Below, piece after piece: positions 51,357-64,000 of a DNA stretch of 64,000 nt. Below the pieces are notes generated by a model that saw only the letters and a program-made list of their open reading frames with translations, ran no database searches and was not told where the DNA came from. A program made the translations under genes and the position numbers. How positions within the stretch are numbered: the stretch's first letter is position 1; each line of letters begins with the position of its first letter. The DNA is from Dimorphilus gyrociliatus (taxonomy: Eukaryota; Animalia; Annelida). Location: the NCBI GenBank assembly GCA_904063045.1, contig CAJFCJ010000016.1:1-64000 (forward strand). Direction: 5' to 3'.

Positions 51357-53437
51357 TTATTTTTTACTCTTTCTCTTCTTTTTCTTCTTTTTCTGCAGGC
51401 CTGCTCCAAGTTTCTTAATTAGAGTAAAGGTATCGGCGGTTAGACGATGTGTTGTTCTTAATTTCATATTTGGTAATTTTTCTATGAAATATATTTAAAA
51501 TTAAGTTTATAACTATAATTAATTATCTTATCATTTATTTACCTTCTTTTCTTATTTCCAGTCCGAAACATATTTCTCTTCCAGCCAAATCACCTATTAA
51601 GTTATCATGAAGATCAATCTCTTCTAGGCACTTACTTGTTGAAATTAATCTAAAAAATAAATATAAATCAGCAGCCAATATGGTAGTTTTTAATAGAACT
51701 AACTCTCTTAATTGTTGCATACACTCCACTGGTGCCATTTTGTCTTGACCTTCCAAACCATCGATTCCATTATCTGCAATATGTAATTTATGTATCCATG
51801 GACCAACAAGAGGAGGTGGAGGTGGCTGTTTTGATTTCTTTTTTTTCTTTTTTTTCTTCTTCTCTTTCTCTTCAACTGGAACTTTAAAATTGAAAAGTTA
51901 CAAATTAGGTCAAATCAATTACAAATCCAATTGAGGGTAATAAATAAACAGGGAAAAAAAGGGGGAAACGATAATGGGTCATTTAATAATGGTTTGTGTT
52001 TAGGTAAAAAAAAAAAACAATAATTTGAATGAGGTTGATATGTTTCTTTTTTGTTTTTGGTGATTTTAAAAATTCTTCTCTTTTGGAGAGTTTACACTCT
52101 AATAAGACAAATAAGACAAAGTGCTCTCAATCAAATTTCTCTTGCATCTAAAGGAACCACCTGAATTGCATATATCTGAAAGCGTGTTGGCATCCTCATC
52201 TATTTGTATTGTAGACTTTATTATTAATTAAGTTTTTTTTATCTACTTAACATATATTATGAAAATTTCTGTAGATTAGTTTATATATGCTTTTTATATA
52301 TATATAATATGATTTACCTGTATCTGCTACTGGCTGAGGTGGAACATAGTTGAGGTCATCTAATCTTCGGCGTCGTTCCTCTTCTGCTTTTTTAATTTCT
52401 TCTTGTTCAAGTTCTTTTTTTTTTCGCTCTTCTTCTTCTCTATTGAACGCTTCTTTTTTCGCTTGAACTACAAATGGTTCAATAAGATCTTGAACACCGT
52501 GACACTGTAGCAAATTACCATCTAAATACAATTCCCTAATATAAAAATTGACTCTTGAATATAATTCATGCTTAAAAAATTGAGAAAAAAGATCCTACCT
52601 TACAGATGAATGGGCCGATGCCCGAGCTAAATATTTACCACTGATTGATGTTAGATCGCAGAAACATAAACTCACAGATATTATGGTTTTGCTTAATGCC
52701 AAACCATCGCATAACTTTTTACAACCTTCATCTCTAAATCTATTAAGATTCACATTAAAAACTTATACAATAATTTCGTTTTAGAAATATCTTACTCATT
52801 GTAATCGAAAACAAGTGTCGAGAGAAATAAATTGTTTTCAAATGATCTGTTCAAATGACAATAAAGTGCATAAATCAATAAAATTAGTCAATAGACTGTT
52901 GGGAAACTTGAAATAAGTAAAGAAAATCTTACTGGCTTATTCTGCCAACTTGTTCTGAAGTCATAAGATTGTCAATGAATTCTAAGTGTTTTATAGGATA
53001 AATCATCTTGTCTAAAACTTGACCCTGTTTATTTATTAAATGTTTATTTATAATTTTGTGGCTGATTTTAAGGAAAAAGAATAGGAACAAACCACTGCTA
53101 CAGCATCGATGTAACGCAACGTCAGTGACCACACGTATAAAGCTTTTATATTAGTATAACGTTCTTCTCTGAGAGCATTCATTACAGGTTCTAACTGGAC
53201 AATTGGATCCTCTATTGTTTGAACCGGTTTCGGTTCTAATATAAATTTTGTCATGTAACTTTCGTCCTCTTTACATTTGTTCATAATAGCTTTCAACGAT
53301 GGCGCAGGACAAGTATTAGTTTTATTGCAATGAGATTCGTAGCGCCTCCAATAAGAGATTATTGTTGATAAAATCTTTTTTGTTAAAGCTTCATTTTTCT
53401 TCTTCTTCTTTCCACCCTTCTTTCCTTTAGCAGGCAT
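51357..53437 (-). CDS. RNI-like leucine-rich-repeat protein with Lys-rich termini and an acidic/charged insertion
   Basis: LRR units LSTLVFDYNEFRDEGC, SVSLCFCDLT, LYLDGNLLQCHG, LHIADNGID, LEEIDLHDNLIGDLAG; starts MPAKGKKGGKKKKK and ends QKKKKKKRKSKK*. Confidence 0.75.
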
Positions 53438-53643
53438 GTTCCTTTAATTTTTAATATTATGGAACTATGTGAAAGTTAGAAACAACTCTTAGATTTCACT
53501 ATAAAGCAAATGCCTAGATTGTAAAAACAAGTTAAAGCTGAAAAGGAATTTTTTCGCAGTCTTTTACTTCACGGTGGCGATATATTATCCTCAAACACAT
53601 ATGATAACTTGTCATATCAATAATGTCTTTTCCGAACGCTAGT

Positions 53644-53669
53644 TGTTTACATCAAGTTGTCGTGGTTAC
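53644..53669. promoter_or_regulatory. Forkhead site TGTTTAC plus X-box-like GTTGTCGTGGTTAC in the LRR/INTS13 bidirectional promoter
   Basis: Reverse strand GTAACC-AC-GACAAC; adjacent FOX core; TTCCGGTTCCGG ETS-like element at 53839-53850 nearer INTS13. Confidence 0.5.
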
Positions 53670-53905
53670 AGTTGTTACTACTGGTGAAAAACAGAAATTT
53701 GATCTTTTAAGTCACCTCGTAGTCTTTTAAAATGTGTAAAGTTGAATTTCTATTCGTAATATAACTTTTTAACTATTACCGGTTTCTTAAAAAAATCTAA
53801 ACGGTTCTCTCAACAAAAATATTGCGGGTGATTACTATTTCCGGTTCCGGTTTATAGCTTTGAACCTACTCTGCCGACAATTCTGTGTTTCTTCAATTAC
53901 TGCAA

Positions 53906-55908
53906 ATGTCGTCAAACTTATTGCATAAAACCGTATTTATTCTTGATCATGGTGAATCAACTCTTCAGAAATGTGGAGAGAAAGTCGATTTCGATGGGGT
54001 TTTCAAGCATAGAGCAGCGAAAAACAGTAATATAAGTCCTCTTCCGCCGATTGAAAAAACTTTGTGGAGTTGCAATGTGGAATCGGTTGTAGAATATTGT
54101 AGAATAGCCTACGATGTTTTGCCTTATTATTACTTAATCCGGGTGCTAACTTGCGATGATACTTGTCACGTTTTAAACGATTGGAATGAAAAGGAACAGA
54201 ATACTACATTTCTCTTAAACGGTCTTGCAAAAGTTAGTGTACCTAGAGAGAATCAGGATGCAAATCTTGAAGAAGGTGTCCGAAAGGCAATGGAACTTAT
54301 CTCACAGCCCTCTCCACTTCAGTTAAACATGCTGGAAAAAGGAATGAAAATTGATAATACTGGAAGAGTTATCATTTTCTCCTCTTCTTTAACGCAAGAT
54401 AGAATTGACCACTTGGAGGATGTAATGTCTAATCTATTGGGCGAGAAAAATAGAAGTTCTATAAGCCCGTCAAAAATCAGAATTAATCACATAGATTTTG
54501 AATTTGTATCAGTTCGTCCTGTTAATGAAAAAATGGGAGGCATAAAAGAAAGAAGTGATGTTTTGAGTAAAGATCTCAATAGGACGATAGTTTGCACCGA
54601 AAGTGGTCAAAAATTGGCCCAAGTTGTTGTTCAACGGTGTATTGCTCATTATGATCTCGGAATAACCTCTGTTACTGGAATTCCTATGAAGGAAGAGCAA
54701 AATGCTGCTTCCTCAACAAATTATGATGTTGAATTATTGCACTCGAGAGATGCTCATTCCAAATATTGTACAGAAACTCGGTTTGTAAGAGATTTCTTAT
54801 AAAAATTAAGGTTTATAATTTATATTTTTATTAGACCATCTTTTGATTTACCTGGCTCGGAGGTCGTTGGATTAAAATGGGTACCACCAAAGTCGTCTAG
54901 TCAAATAGCTGACGTTCAACCTTCCAGGGTAGCTTATCGAGTAACTCCTGTAGATGTCAATAGCCGTCCATCATCCTGTCTCACAAATTTCATTTTATCA
55001 GGAAGATCGGTCCTATTAGAGCACACGCACAGTAAACAGTATCCTAACTTTTTCTTGGCCGCCCATTCTGGTGTCATTTATATTCATTCTACCTGCAAGT
55101 GTCCTGACATTCCTGGTAAGTTTACACTTTATTGCACAGTTATTTTATATATAATGATAATTTATCATTAAAAGGAATATCCGAAGGAGCAGGAGGTAGA
55201 TTAACTGATTATCGTATTCATGATTTCGGAGAATTTATGATGGGAAGTCGATTGGTTCCTGAATCAGAACAAACAGGTCTAAAAAAGTCTTTAGAATATA
55301 TGGACAGATGCCTAAGATATTGGCCTTTGACACAATCCGAGTCACTATTAGCTCATCAATCGATAAATCAGTATATAAATCCTCTTCAGGCTTTATTAAG
55401 CAAAGCGAACTTAACTCCTGATGTGAATGCAAACTGCTTTCGACTCATTACACAGTTATTTCAGGTAAATGAAATATCTTTTTCATCAAATTAATAATAT
55501 ACTCGTTGCCTTTTTCAGTTGGAAAGTTCAAATGAACTAATACCTCAAGGAGTTGTGGCTAAAGGTAAAAGAGAAGAACAAATTAAGCAGTTTTGGTGCC
55601 AATTCGAAAAAATGCTTAGATGCTATTCATCTATAAGCGAGAATCATAAATCCTTATTAGACAAGTTTCTATCGGTGAAAGGCAACTGTCTTCAAGAGCA
55701 CGAATATCCAGTTTTTGAAGATAGCGACGATGTTGATAAAGATGTTCTCTTGTTGTTTGAAAATAAAAAAGAAGTTACTCTCTGGGATGTTTACATGACT
55801 CAAAATGCTCCAAAAAATAAAAGATTAAAATTTGAAGGAATACTAGATAATGGAAAAGTATCTAAATTATATCCAAGTTTGCAGGAGAAAGAATTAAACA
55901 ATATTTAA
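53906..55908 (+). CDS. INTS13: Integrator complex subunit 13 (asunder)
   Basis: HKTVFILDH, PIEKTLWSCNVESVVEYCRIAYD, HYDLGITSVTGIPMKEEQNAASSTNYDVELLH, SRPSSCLTNFILSGRSVLL, GGRLTDYRIHDFGEFM. Confidence 0.95.
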
Positions 55909-56358
55909 ATCATTAAATGCGGCCCTTTTTTCTATTTTGAATATCGAATGGCCAATTTAATACAAGTAAAAAGACCGGCTGAAAATATTCTTTCAGGTTA
56001 TCGGTGTTCTAATCAGTATTATTAAAGAAGCATGACAGTTGCAAAGAGACATTAAGATGGAGATTTTAATAAAACTATATAAAAAATATTATAATTTGTC
56101 ATATATATTATATTTGTTCACTTACATTGTAATAAATTATTTTTATAAAATTATTTTTTAGAATAATTAATAATTTGATTATTATCTCGCCCGGATGTTT
56201 TCGATATTCCTATCAGAACTTTTATAAAGTATAGGACTACAACGATATTTAATAGCGGTGATCTAGTCGTTCTTTTCACTTCTAACCAGTTTTCACTTCC
56301 GAATAGGGAAAAGATTCGAAAACTTGAATCGAGGACTTTTTTCAAAAACTCATAAAAA

Positions 56359-59300
56359 ATGGCAGATCAATTACGTTTTGATGGAAAAGTTGTACTTGTT
56401 ACAGGAGCTGGTGGAGGTACGCTACTATTGAGTGCATTTTTAAAGTGGATTGCATGCTTATTGCTCTTTTATTTAGCCTTTTAACTCTTAAGTCTGCAAA
56501 GTCAAAAAGCGGGTCATGTTGTTAAACTATTTTAAGGCAATAGAATAGCTTAATATAGTTGTCAATTTTTACAGTTTATTTCTTAAAGTGTAATTTAATA
56601 ACAGAATTTTAGTATTTAAGTAACAAACAATGTATAGTTTCTTGTATTTCTGATTTACTTAACATTTTCGAAGGTTCGAAGTATAACTCAAAATTTCTCA
56701 CTTAGTTATTCAATTAAATAGAGACATTTAAATAGAATATTCTATGTATTTATTTTAAGATAATTAAAATATAATGCTTGTTAAAATTAGGTTGAAAAGA
56801 GTAATATTTAATTTTCACAAGTTTCAAAAAGGAGGTCAATTTTACATTATTCTATTTTAAATAGGTTTAGGAAGAGAGTATGCTTTGGAATTCGCTAGAA
56901 GGGGAGCATCTGTTGTTGGTAAGCAGAATTATTAAATAATTTTTAATCAGCACATGTTGACATAATCAGACTACCCCCAATAGTAAATGATTTGGGTGGC
57001 GATATAAAGGGTGGAGGCAAGAGCTCTGTAGCAGCTGATAAAGTCGTTGATGAAATTAGAAAGGCAGGAGGAAAAGCTGTTGCAAACTATGGTAAATATA
57101 AATAATATATATTTGTAATTAAGAATTATTTAGAAGTATAAATAAATTATGATTTTACTGGTAAACTAGAACTTTGTACTTTAAACTTTTAGATTTTAAA
57201 GATAATAGTAATAAAAAATGTTAATCCATCGATACTGTATACTAAATGTGAGGAGATAATAATGTAGTTACATAGATTAAAATCTGTATTGCATACAGGT
57301 ACGAATTCTTGGAAAAGTATCTATATCTTGATTATTTTCTTTTGATGCTTAGATTCTGTTGAAGATGGTGAAAAAGTGGTTCAAACTGCATTGGACCATT
57401 ATGGAGGCATTGATATTGTTGTTAACAATGCTGGTATCCTTAGAGATCGTTCTTTCCTCCGTACTAGCGACGCCGACTGGGGTCTGCATCTATATTCTGT
57501 ATTTTTCTTTTTATCAATTAATAGTCTCTTTCATATTTTTTCCAATCAGATATTGTACACAGAGTTCATCTCCGAGGTGCATTTAAAGTAACTAGAGCTG
57601 CTTGGAGTCATATGAGAGAAAAGAAATTTGGGCGTGTCATCATGACTTCTTCTGATGCAGGAATTTTCGGAAACAGAGGACAGGCTAACTATAGCGCTGC
57701 TAAACTAGGTTTATACGGATTCAGCAACACATTAGCTATTGAAGGCGCGAAAAACAATATTTATTGTAACACAATTGCTCCAACTGCTGGATCTCGGCTT
57801 ACAAAGACTGTAATGCCTGATGGTTTGTTGATAATTTACATGAAGTTTTCAAATAGATGACATCTTTTAAATTCATTTTTCTGTAATAGAAGTAATCAAT
57901 GTACTCAAACCGGAGTATGTTGCACCTCTTGTTATTTACCTATGTCACGAATCATCCCAAGAAAATGGCGGACTATTCGAAGTTGGTGGTGGATATGTTA
58001 CAAAATGTATGTACTATACTTTAAACAGAAATTTATCATCTTTTTTAAAACATTATCCAATAATAGTAAGATGGCAGAGAGCTGGTGGAGCTGTAGTAAG
58101 AAAGAAGGGTGTTCAAATGACTGCCGAACAAGGTAAGTTAAAATTTAAATTATTTTAATTTAACATTACAATAACTCTAAAATATTAACAGTAAGAGACT
58201 GCTGGAATGATATCGTCGACTTTGAAACAAATCCTGACTATCCTGTTAACATATCAAGTAAAATTTATTAATCAAAATTCTAAAAATTGTGCAAATTAAG
58301 CAACTCTGAATTATATTCTTAGCTGATGGAGCTGGAAGAATCCTCTCTATAATTGATCAAATCGAAAACCCCGAAGATCCAAATGCTTATCCGAATCCTG
58401 GCGGAAAGGGTCCTGTAAGTTTAAGAAATTTTCTCTCTTTTTATTTTTGACTGATGATAGAAATTTTTATTCTTCTTGTAGGAGGCAGCTATTGGTTCAA
58501 AAATGAGAATAGAAAATGTTGAATTAAGCACTAGAGATGCAATGTTATATGCCTTATCCATCGGTGTTTCAACAACACAAGAGAATCATTTGAAATTCGC
58601 TTACGAGAATTCTGAAGACTTTTCAGTTATTCCAACAATGTCTGTTTGTCTGGCCTTTCCAGTTATGCCAGGAATTATGAAATCGGATGCTGTAAGCATC
58701 GATTATACTCAACTTTTGCACGGGGAACAATATACTGAGTGTTTCAAACCTTTGAAATCGGATGAAAAATATTCTATTGAAGGAGAATTGGTTGATGTTT
58801 TAGATAAAGGAAAGGGTGCTATCTTTATCACCGAAGGTAAGGTTCATTTCTTCTCTACAATATTGAAATTTAATAATTACAAACTGTTTTCCAGCCAAAA
58901 TGTTTGATAAGAATGAAGAATTGGTTTCTCTTAACCAATTCACTACCTTCGTCAGAGGGGCTGGTGGATTTGGTGGTAAACGAGATTCGACTGTTGCTAA
59001 ACAACCGCTTCCCACACCTGATCGCCAACCAGATGCAGTTGTTTCGGAAAAGACCAGTTTAGATCAGGTTTATAAAACATTATTGATATCTGTATTTGTA
59101 TGCTCATTGATATTTTTCTTCCAATAGGCTGCTCTCTATAGACTTTCCGGTGATTACAATCCTCTTCATATAGATCCAAACTTTAGTGCAATGGGAGGTT
59201 AGTTAAATATGGTATTTCGAATTACTGAAATTTTAAAAACACCTATCTCATATAGGTTTCGAAAAACCAATTTTGCATGGACTTTGCTCATATGGCTTTG

Positions 59301-59595
59301 CTGCTCGTGCTGTATTGAACAAATTTTGCAATGATGATGTTGCCAAATTTAAAGCTATGAAAGTTAGATTTTCAAAGCCAGTTTTACCAGGACAAACCTT
59401 GCAAACAGAGATGTGGTTGGAAGGAGATAAAGTACACTTTTGTACAAAGGTATTTATCTTTTACAGATATAGATTCAAATAGTTAGTGAAACTTCTAAAT
59501 TTTCATTTGAATAATAGATCGGCGAAACTGGACAAGTGTGTCTAAGCAATGGTTACGTTATTTTGAATAAGGATGACCGGTTGGCAAAACTTTGA
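56359..59595 (+). CDS. HSD17B4: Peroxisomal multifunctional enzyme type 2 (dehydrogenase plus hydratase-2, no SCP2 domain), PTS1 AKL
   Basis: [67 protein letters not shown]; ends DRLAKL*. Confidence 0.95.
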
Positions 59596-60553
59596 AAAAT
59601 TCACCAGAGCAATTTTAAACTAATCATAAAAAAAATAGTTTTTCTTCCGATTATTTTTCAGATGATCAATTAAAGGAAAAAAATGCTTAATTAACTTGAA
59701 TAGAAATTTCAATGTTTATCTAGTTTCTTTCTTTTATCACTTTATCTCTTTTGGTACTTTTTTTATTTTTACTAAAATAGTACCACCAAACATATCACTA
59801 GAAAACTATCATAATTAGACATGTTAAGGTTTAAGATCTCTTCTATCTTCCATTTATTTTGATTTGAGATGGTGTATGGGGTTGAGGCTTTTTTCGTACT
59901 ATTCTCTCTACGTATCACGCTTATAGTCTAATAGTTTCGGTGACTTTTCACTCATTGACGAAAAATTTGAGGACACCGAAAACGATCTAAAACGACTCTC
60001 CCTCCAGACTTTATAGAATACTTCATCACGTGACTTATCAATTGGAAGAATCAATTATTGAAATCAAAAGAGAAATTATTTCCTGAACAGTATTTTGTAT
60101 ATTCTTCAATTACTGCTTCAATACCGCTTTGTTCTTTTTATTTCGAATAGGATAGCATTTATATTATTGAATTATTGTTTTATACCTTCTTTATAAGAGA
60201 ATACTATATCTCAATGAATATGAGCATATTTCATACTATGATCGAAGAAATTTTCATACCTAACGTTTTTTTGATGGGAAATCAGCGCTTTTTTAATCGC
60301 ACCGCTTGACTAGTGTGTAGGGAATACTGTCTGGTTTCATATACTTTTTACAGATCTCTGATATCTGTTCAGATTTAAAAATTATTTAGACTTTTTGGCG
60401 ACCAGCTCAATTTCCATACCTCAATTATTTTAAATATATCTAGTAGTTTCCATACCATCTTTATAATATGTGATAAGAGTAGTGAGTCACTCATGAAAAC
60501 TACTCAGTGAATATGGTAATATTGTTACAATACTAATATTAAAATTTTTGAAA

Positions 60554-61546
60554 ATGGCGTATGACACAAAAGTTAGAGATCTTATTAAGAAAAAACATGA
60601 GGAAGGATATTCATATAGAGAGATATCGGAAATGATGAACATTCCTAAAGCATCCATTCAATATATTCTCAAACCAACATATGTTAAAAGTGGAAATGTT
60701 GGAAGACCTAAATCACTCTCAGATAGAGAGAAAAGTCTCATTAAAAAAGAGATAATGAAATTAAAGAATGATTCAAAGAGGATAACAAGTACTAAAATTT
60801 CAACATCCTGCAATTTGAGCGTAAGCCAAACTACTTTGCAAAAAGTCATAAAAGAAATGTTAGAAAAAGATAAAAAGATTCCACAAACCCCTCGATTAAA
60901 ACAGAAGAACAAATTGGAAAGAATAAAAAAATGCAGAGATTGGTTTGAGAAAGCAAGAAAATTTGATCAAATTATATTTTCTGACGAATGTAGCTTCAGT
61001 CTGGGCGGCCCAGATAAGTTTCTAACCTGGCAATTTAATCCTGAAATAGAAGTAAGAAGAAGCAGACACTCAAAGGTTGATGGAGGAGTTATGATTTGGG
61101 GATGTATGGGGCCGGATGGATTGTTGTACATTTCTAGAATTACGGACAAATGTTCTAAAGGGTGGTACTTGTCCCTTCTCAAAAAAGAGGTTCTACCTTT
61201 TTTAAGCAAGCGTTATGGGAAAACTTTTATCTTCCAACAAGACAATGCTCCGTGCCACAAGGCAAAAATTGTTGTTAATTATTTAAAGCAAGAAAAATAT
61301 AATATTCTTGAATGGCCATCTTGTTCCCCAGATCTATCGCCTATTGGAGACGCTTGGCACATATTAAAGAATATGGTGTACGATGGCCGACAGTTTAAAA
61401 AAAATGACGATTTATGGGAAACTATTCTAGAAAATGTGGAAATAATAAACAGAGAAAAGAAACTAGATCTAATATCTCTTCACAAATCCCTGTTAACTAG
61501 AGGACTAAACTGTATACAAAGAAATGGTTTAAAGTTAAAATATTGA
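60554..61546 (+). mobile_element. Tc1-family transposase ORF, uninterrupted but third catalytic residue E->G; no clear TIRs
   Basis: HTH with GRPK; IFSDECSF; MIWGCM; FQQDNAPCH; WPSCSPDLSPIGDAW (canonical SPDLNPIENLW). Confidence 0.88.
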
Positions 61547-61779
61547 TATTGATATTATAAATAAATTGTTTATTTAAAAAGAAAAGACCATTTATATGGA
61601 AATTATAGTCAATAAAAATAATATCTTGCTTATTTTAAAAACTACATAAATTATAAATCATGTATATTAATATTTTTAAAAATTAAATAGGTCAAAAGCT
61701 AAAGCTTCCTTATCTTTTATTTTTAAATGTTGTATAATATCATTTAATTTTAAATAATTAATTTATAACTGATTTCAAT

Positions 61780-64000
61780 ATGGAAATGTTAATTGGGTTT
61801 TATCAATTAATCTTTGTACTTTCCTTAATTAATACCATAAAAAGTATGATAAAAGACATATCTCGTAGTTTTATACTGTAGTATTTTATTTTTGTCGTAT
61901 TCTCTTTAAGGTTTCGGCCTAGAGGGAGATGTTTTTCCTAATGTTACATGCGAAGGTGATACGATGAGGATAGAATGCGCTTCAGGTTACGCAATAAAAA
62001 TACTCCACGCGTTTTTTGGCAGGGAACAGAGTATAGTAAGACCAGATTTCTGTTTAAATCAAGGAGAGTTTGCTGATCCAACAGTGAGGTTTTTATACAT
62101 TGTAAATTGAAAAGTATGTCAAATATGAACATAATCTTCTCCGATATGAAAGGTGTTTCTTGGATGTGAAAACTTTAGTAGAATACAAGTGCAATTATGA
62201 AAGATATTGCGATCAAAAGGTTGATGGGAATTTATTCTCAATAGCTAAGGATATGGGAAGTAATTGGACTCCAAGTGAATGTCCGAAAGATACAAAACGC
62301 TTCCTAATGGTTGACTATGCTTGTGAAAGTTTGTATTAAAATATAGAAATAAAGAAATATAACGGTTTATTAATAGAAAATTATATTATCTCGAAGGAAT
62401 AAAAATAGCAGAAGCGTGCTACGGAGAAAAGTTATATGCGAATTGTCCTAAAAATTATAAAATTAAGCAACATTCTGTCTTCTTTGGAAGATTAGACGGA
62501 AAAACATGTTTACCGAAGAATAAAGAGTTCTATTCTCAAGCCGAATATGGAATTAGGCAGATTGATAATTATTATCTATGCCATTATAATCAAAGCATAG
62601 TATCAAGTACAATACAGTCAATATGCGAAGATAAAGAAACCTGCATCTTTAACGTTCATGAAAATTTACTTGAAAATTATCCATCTCACCACGAAAATAA
62701 ATGTCCGAAAGATGTTCAAACTTATCTACAATTTTATTATGTTTGTAGTCATCGTTCAAGTATGATTCAAGATTTAAAATGTTATGGAGAAACATTTCAA
62801 CCATCTTGCGGAAAAGGTTATTTAATTAATATAAAATCATCTTTCAGAGGACGATTAACACCAGCCGATGCCCAATGTGAAACGGAACCGTTAGAAAACT
62901 TTAAAGGACCGTAAGAGTTTACTATAAATACAATAAGATATTTAACTTTAGCGATTATTCTTAATATTAAAAAGATGTCAAACGGAATTGATTACTGCCA
63001 TAGCGCAAAGTATTGAAAAATGTCATCTTAAGTCATCTTGTAGTTTACCTAATACTGATACATTTTGGTCCAAATTGAATGCAACTAATCGAGTTTGTAG
63101 CGAAAGCGATAAACCTTTCATGTTTCATTTATACGAATGTAAACCTAGGAGTTCAATTATTGCTTGTCCCAAAACTGCACCAAAAACAATAGAATGTCCT
63201 AAGAATTATGCAATTAAACCTATTTCAGCATTCTTCGGTCGTCATAACGACGTCAATTGTCTTGATCCAAACGAAGAGATAGAAATGGAAACTGCGTAAG
63301 TAACTAGATAAACGTGTAGCTTATTCTATAACAAGCATATCTTAAGTATATTCAACCTCATTTTCAGCTGTTTCTCTGACTCTGATAGAGTATTATCAAA
63401 AGTTAATGAGATATGCCGAGGAAAGAGGGCGTGTAATTTAGAAGCAAATGCGTCAATCTTTTACGATGAAAGTACAGATTCCCGAATGAGATGCAGAGAA
63501 GAGATGTTTTATAAACAATATCTATGGGTAAATTATGAATGCAGCCAAACTAAATGCTTATTTCTATCTGATAAATTGGAAGCTGAAATAGAACAATGTA
63601 TAAGCGATTACAAGAAACTATGTATTCTAGACATGTCAGACAATTGTTTTCGAACTTCGTTAAAGAGTTTAGAAGACGAAAAAGACTGTTTGACGTATAC
63701 AAGACGGTTGAAAGCCTATTACGAGTACTGGTTACCTGCTCATAAGAAGACAATGTGTAACTTTCCAAAGTGTGCTTTTAATTTCGCTCGAAAAGTGCCA
63801 GAAGTGTCCGAAATCTATAGAAAGATTGCTGATCCACAAAAACATTACGTAATCGATCCCGTCAAATGTACATTCATAAAGGAATATGGTAAATTAAGTA
63901 AAGAAGGATCATTACTGGAGCAAAGTTGTCCAGAGGGATCAGCAGCTGTAATGACATTCTATGCAGATATATTTGGTAATTTTGAAGATAATCACGATGC
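61780..64000 (+). CDS. Secreted protein with four tandem SUEL/Gal-lectin-like domains and a Cys-containing helical region; continues past the window end
   Basis: Signal exon MEMLIGFYQLIFVLSLINTIK/S; repeats TCEGDTMRIECASGYAIKILHAFFGR, CYGEKLYANCPKNYKIKQHSVFFGR, CYGETFQPSCGKGYLINIKSSFRGR, IECPKNYAIKPISAFFGR. Confidence 0.8.

Noticed and set aside
60215-61800. Long IR/DR-type terminal repeats for the Tc1 element, with the outer right repeat overlapping the lectin ATG
   Set aside because: Only 8-10-bp AT-rich matches; the flanks do not align and no TA target duplication could be fixed.
614-63768. Many short ORFs in the supplied track (e.g. 2850-3062 -, 6323-6592 +, 10013-10231 -, 41151-41411 -, 42170-42490 -, 60658-61209 -)
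   Set aside because: They are antisense shadows of real exons or tRNA, or AT-rich intron read-throughs rich in F/I/L/Y with alternative starts, with no splice or homology support.
1-64000. Additional U12-type introns
   Set aside because: Other GTATCC/ATATCC hits fall in coding or intergenic sequence; all other introns I traced have U2-type donors.
1-64000. CRISPR arrays, rRNA or prokaryotic/viral inserts
   Set aside because: No spaced direct-repeat arrays or rRNA-like sequence; all genes except the transposase and SSNA1-like are intron-containing animal genes.

Overview
AT-rich, gene-dense animal (invertebrate) DNA with many short spliceosomal introns and mostly sub-kb intergenic gaps. The style fits a miniaturised genome such as a compact lophotrochozoan; the taxon is inference only. 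I reconstructed about 21 spliced protein genes by hand: a partial unknown gene, BLOC1S6, PEX11G, LEXM/CIMAP2, HSD17B12, an uncharacterised multipass membrane protein, CFAP97D2-like, TRAPPC1, BCAT, a neurexin/Caspr/axotactin-like gene, two head-to-head HYR/sushi paralogs, HECTD3, TUSC3/MAGT1, Shark kinase, a divergent alpha-catenin/vinculin-like gene, SSNA1-like, an RNI-like LRR gene, INTS13, HSD17B4 and a multi-SUEL lectin running off the end. There is also a tRNA-Val(CAC) and a Tc1-type transposase ORF. The top finding is in TUSC3/MAGT1: two duplicated 64-nt exons, each with a U2-type acceptor and a U12-type donor, share one downstream U12 branch point. This is the hybrid U2/U12 mutually exclusive splicing switch known from JNK genes. 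Exon boundaries and family calls come from reading and recalled family motifs; no searches were run.
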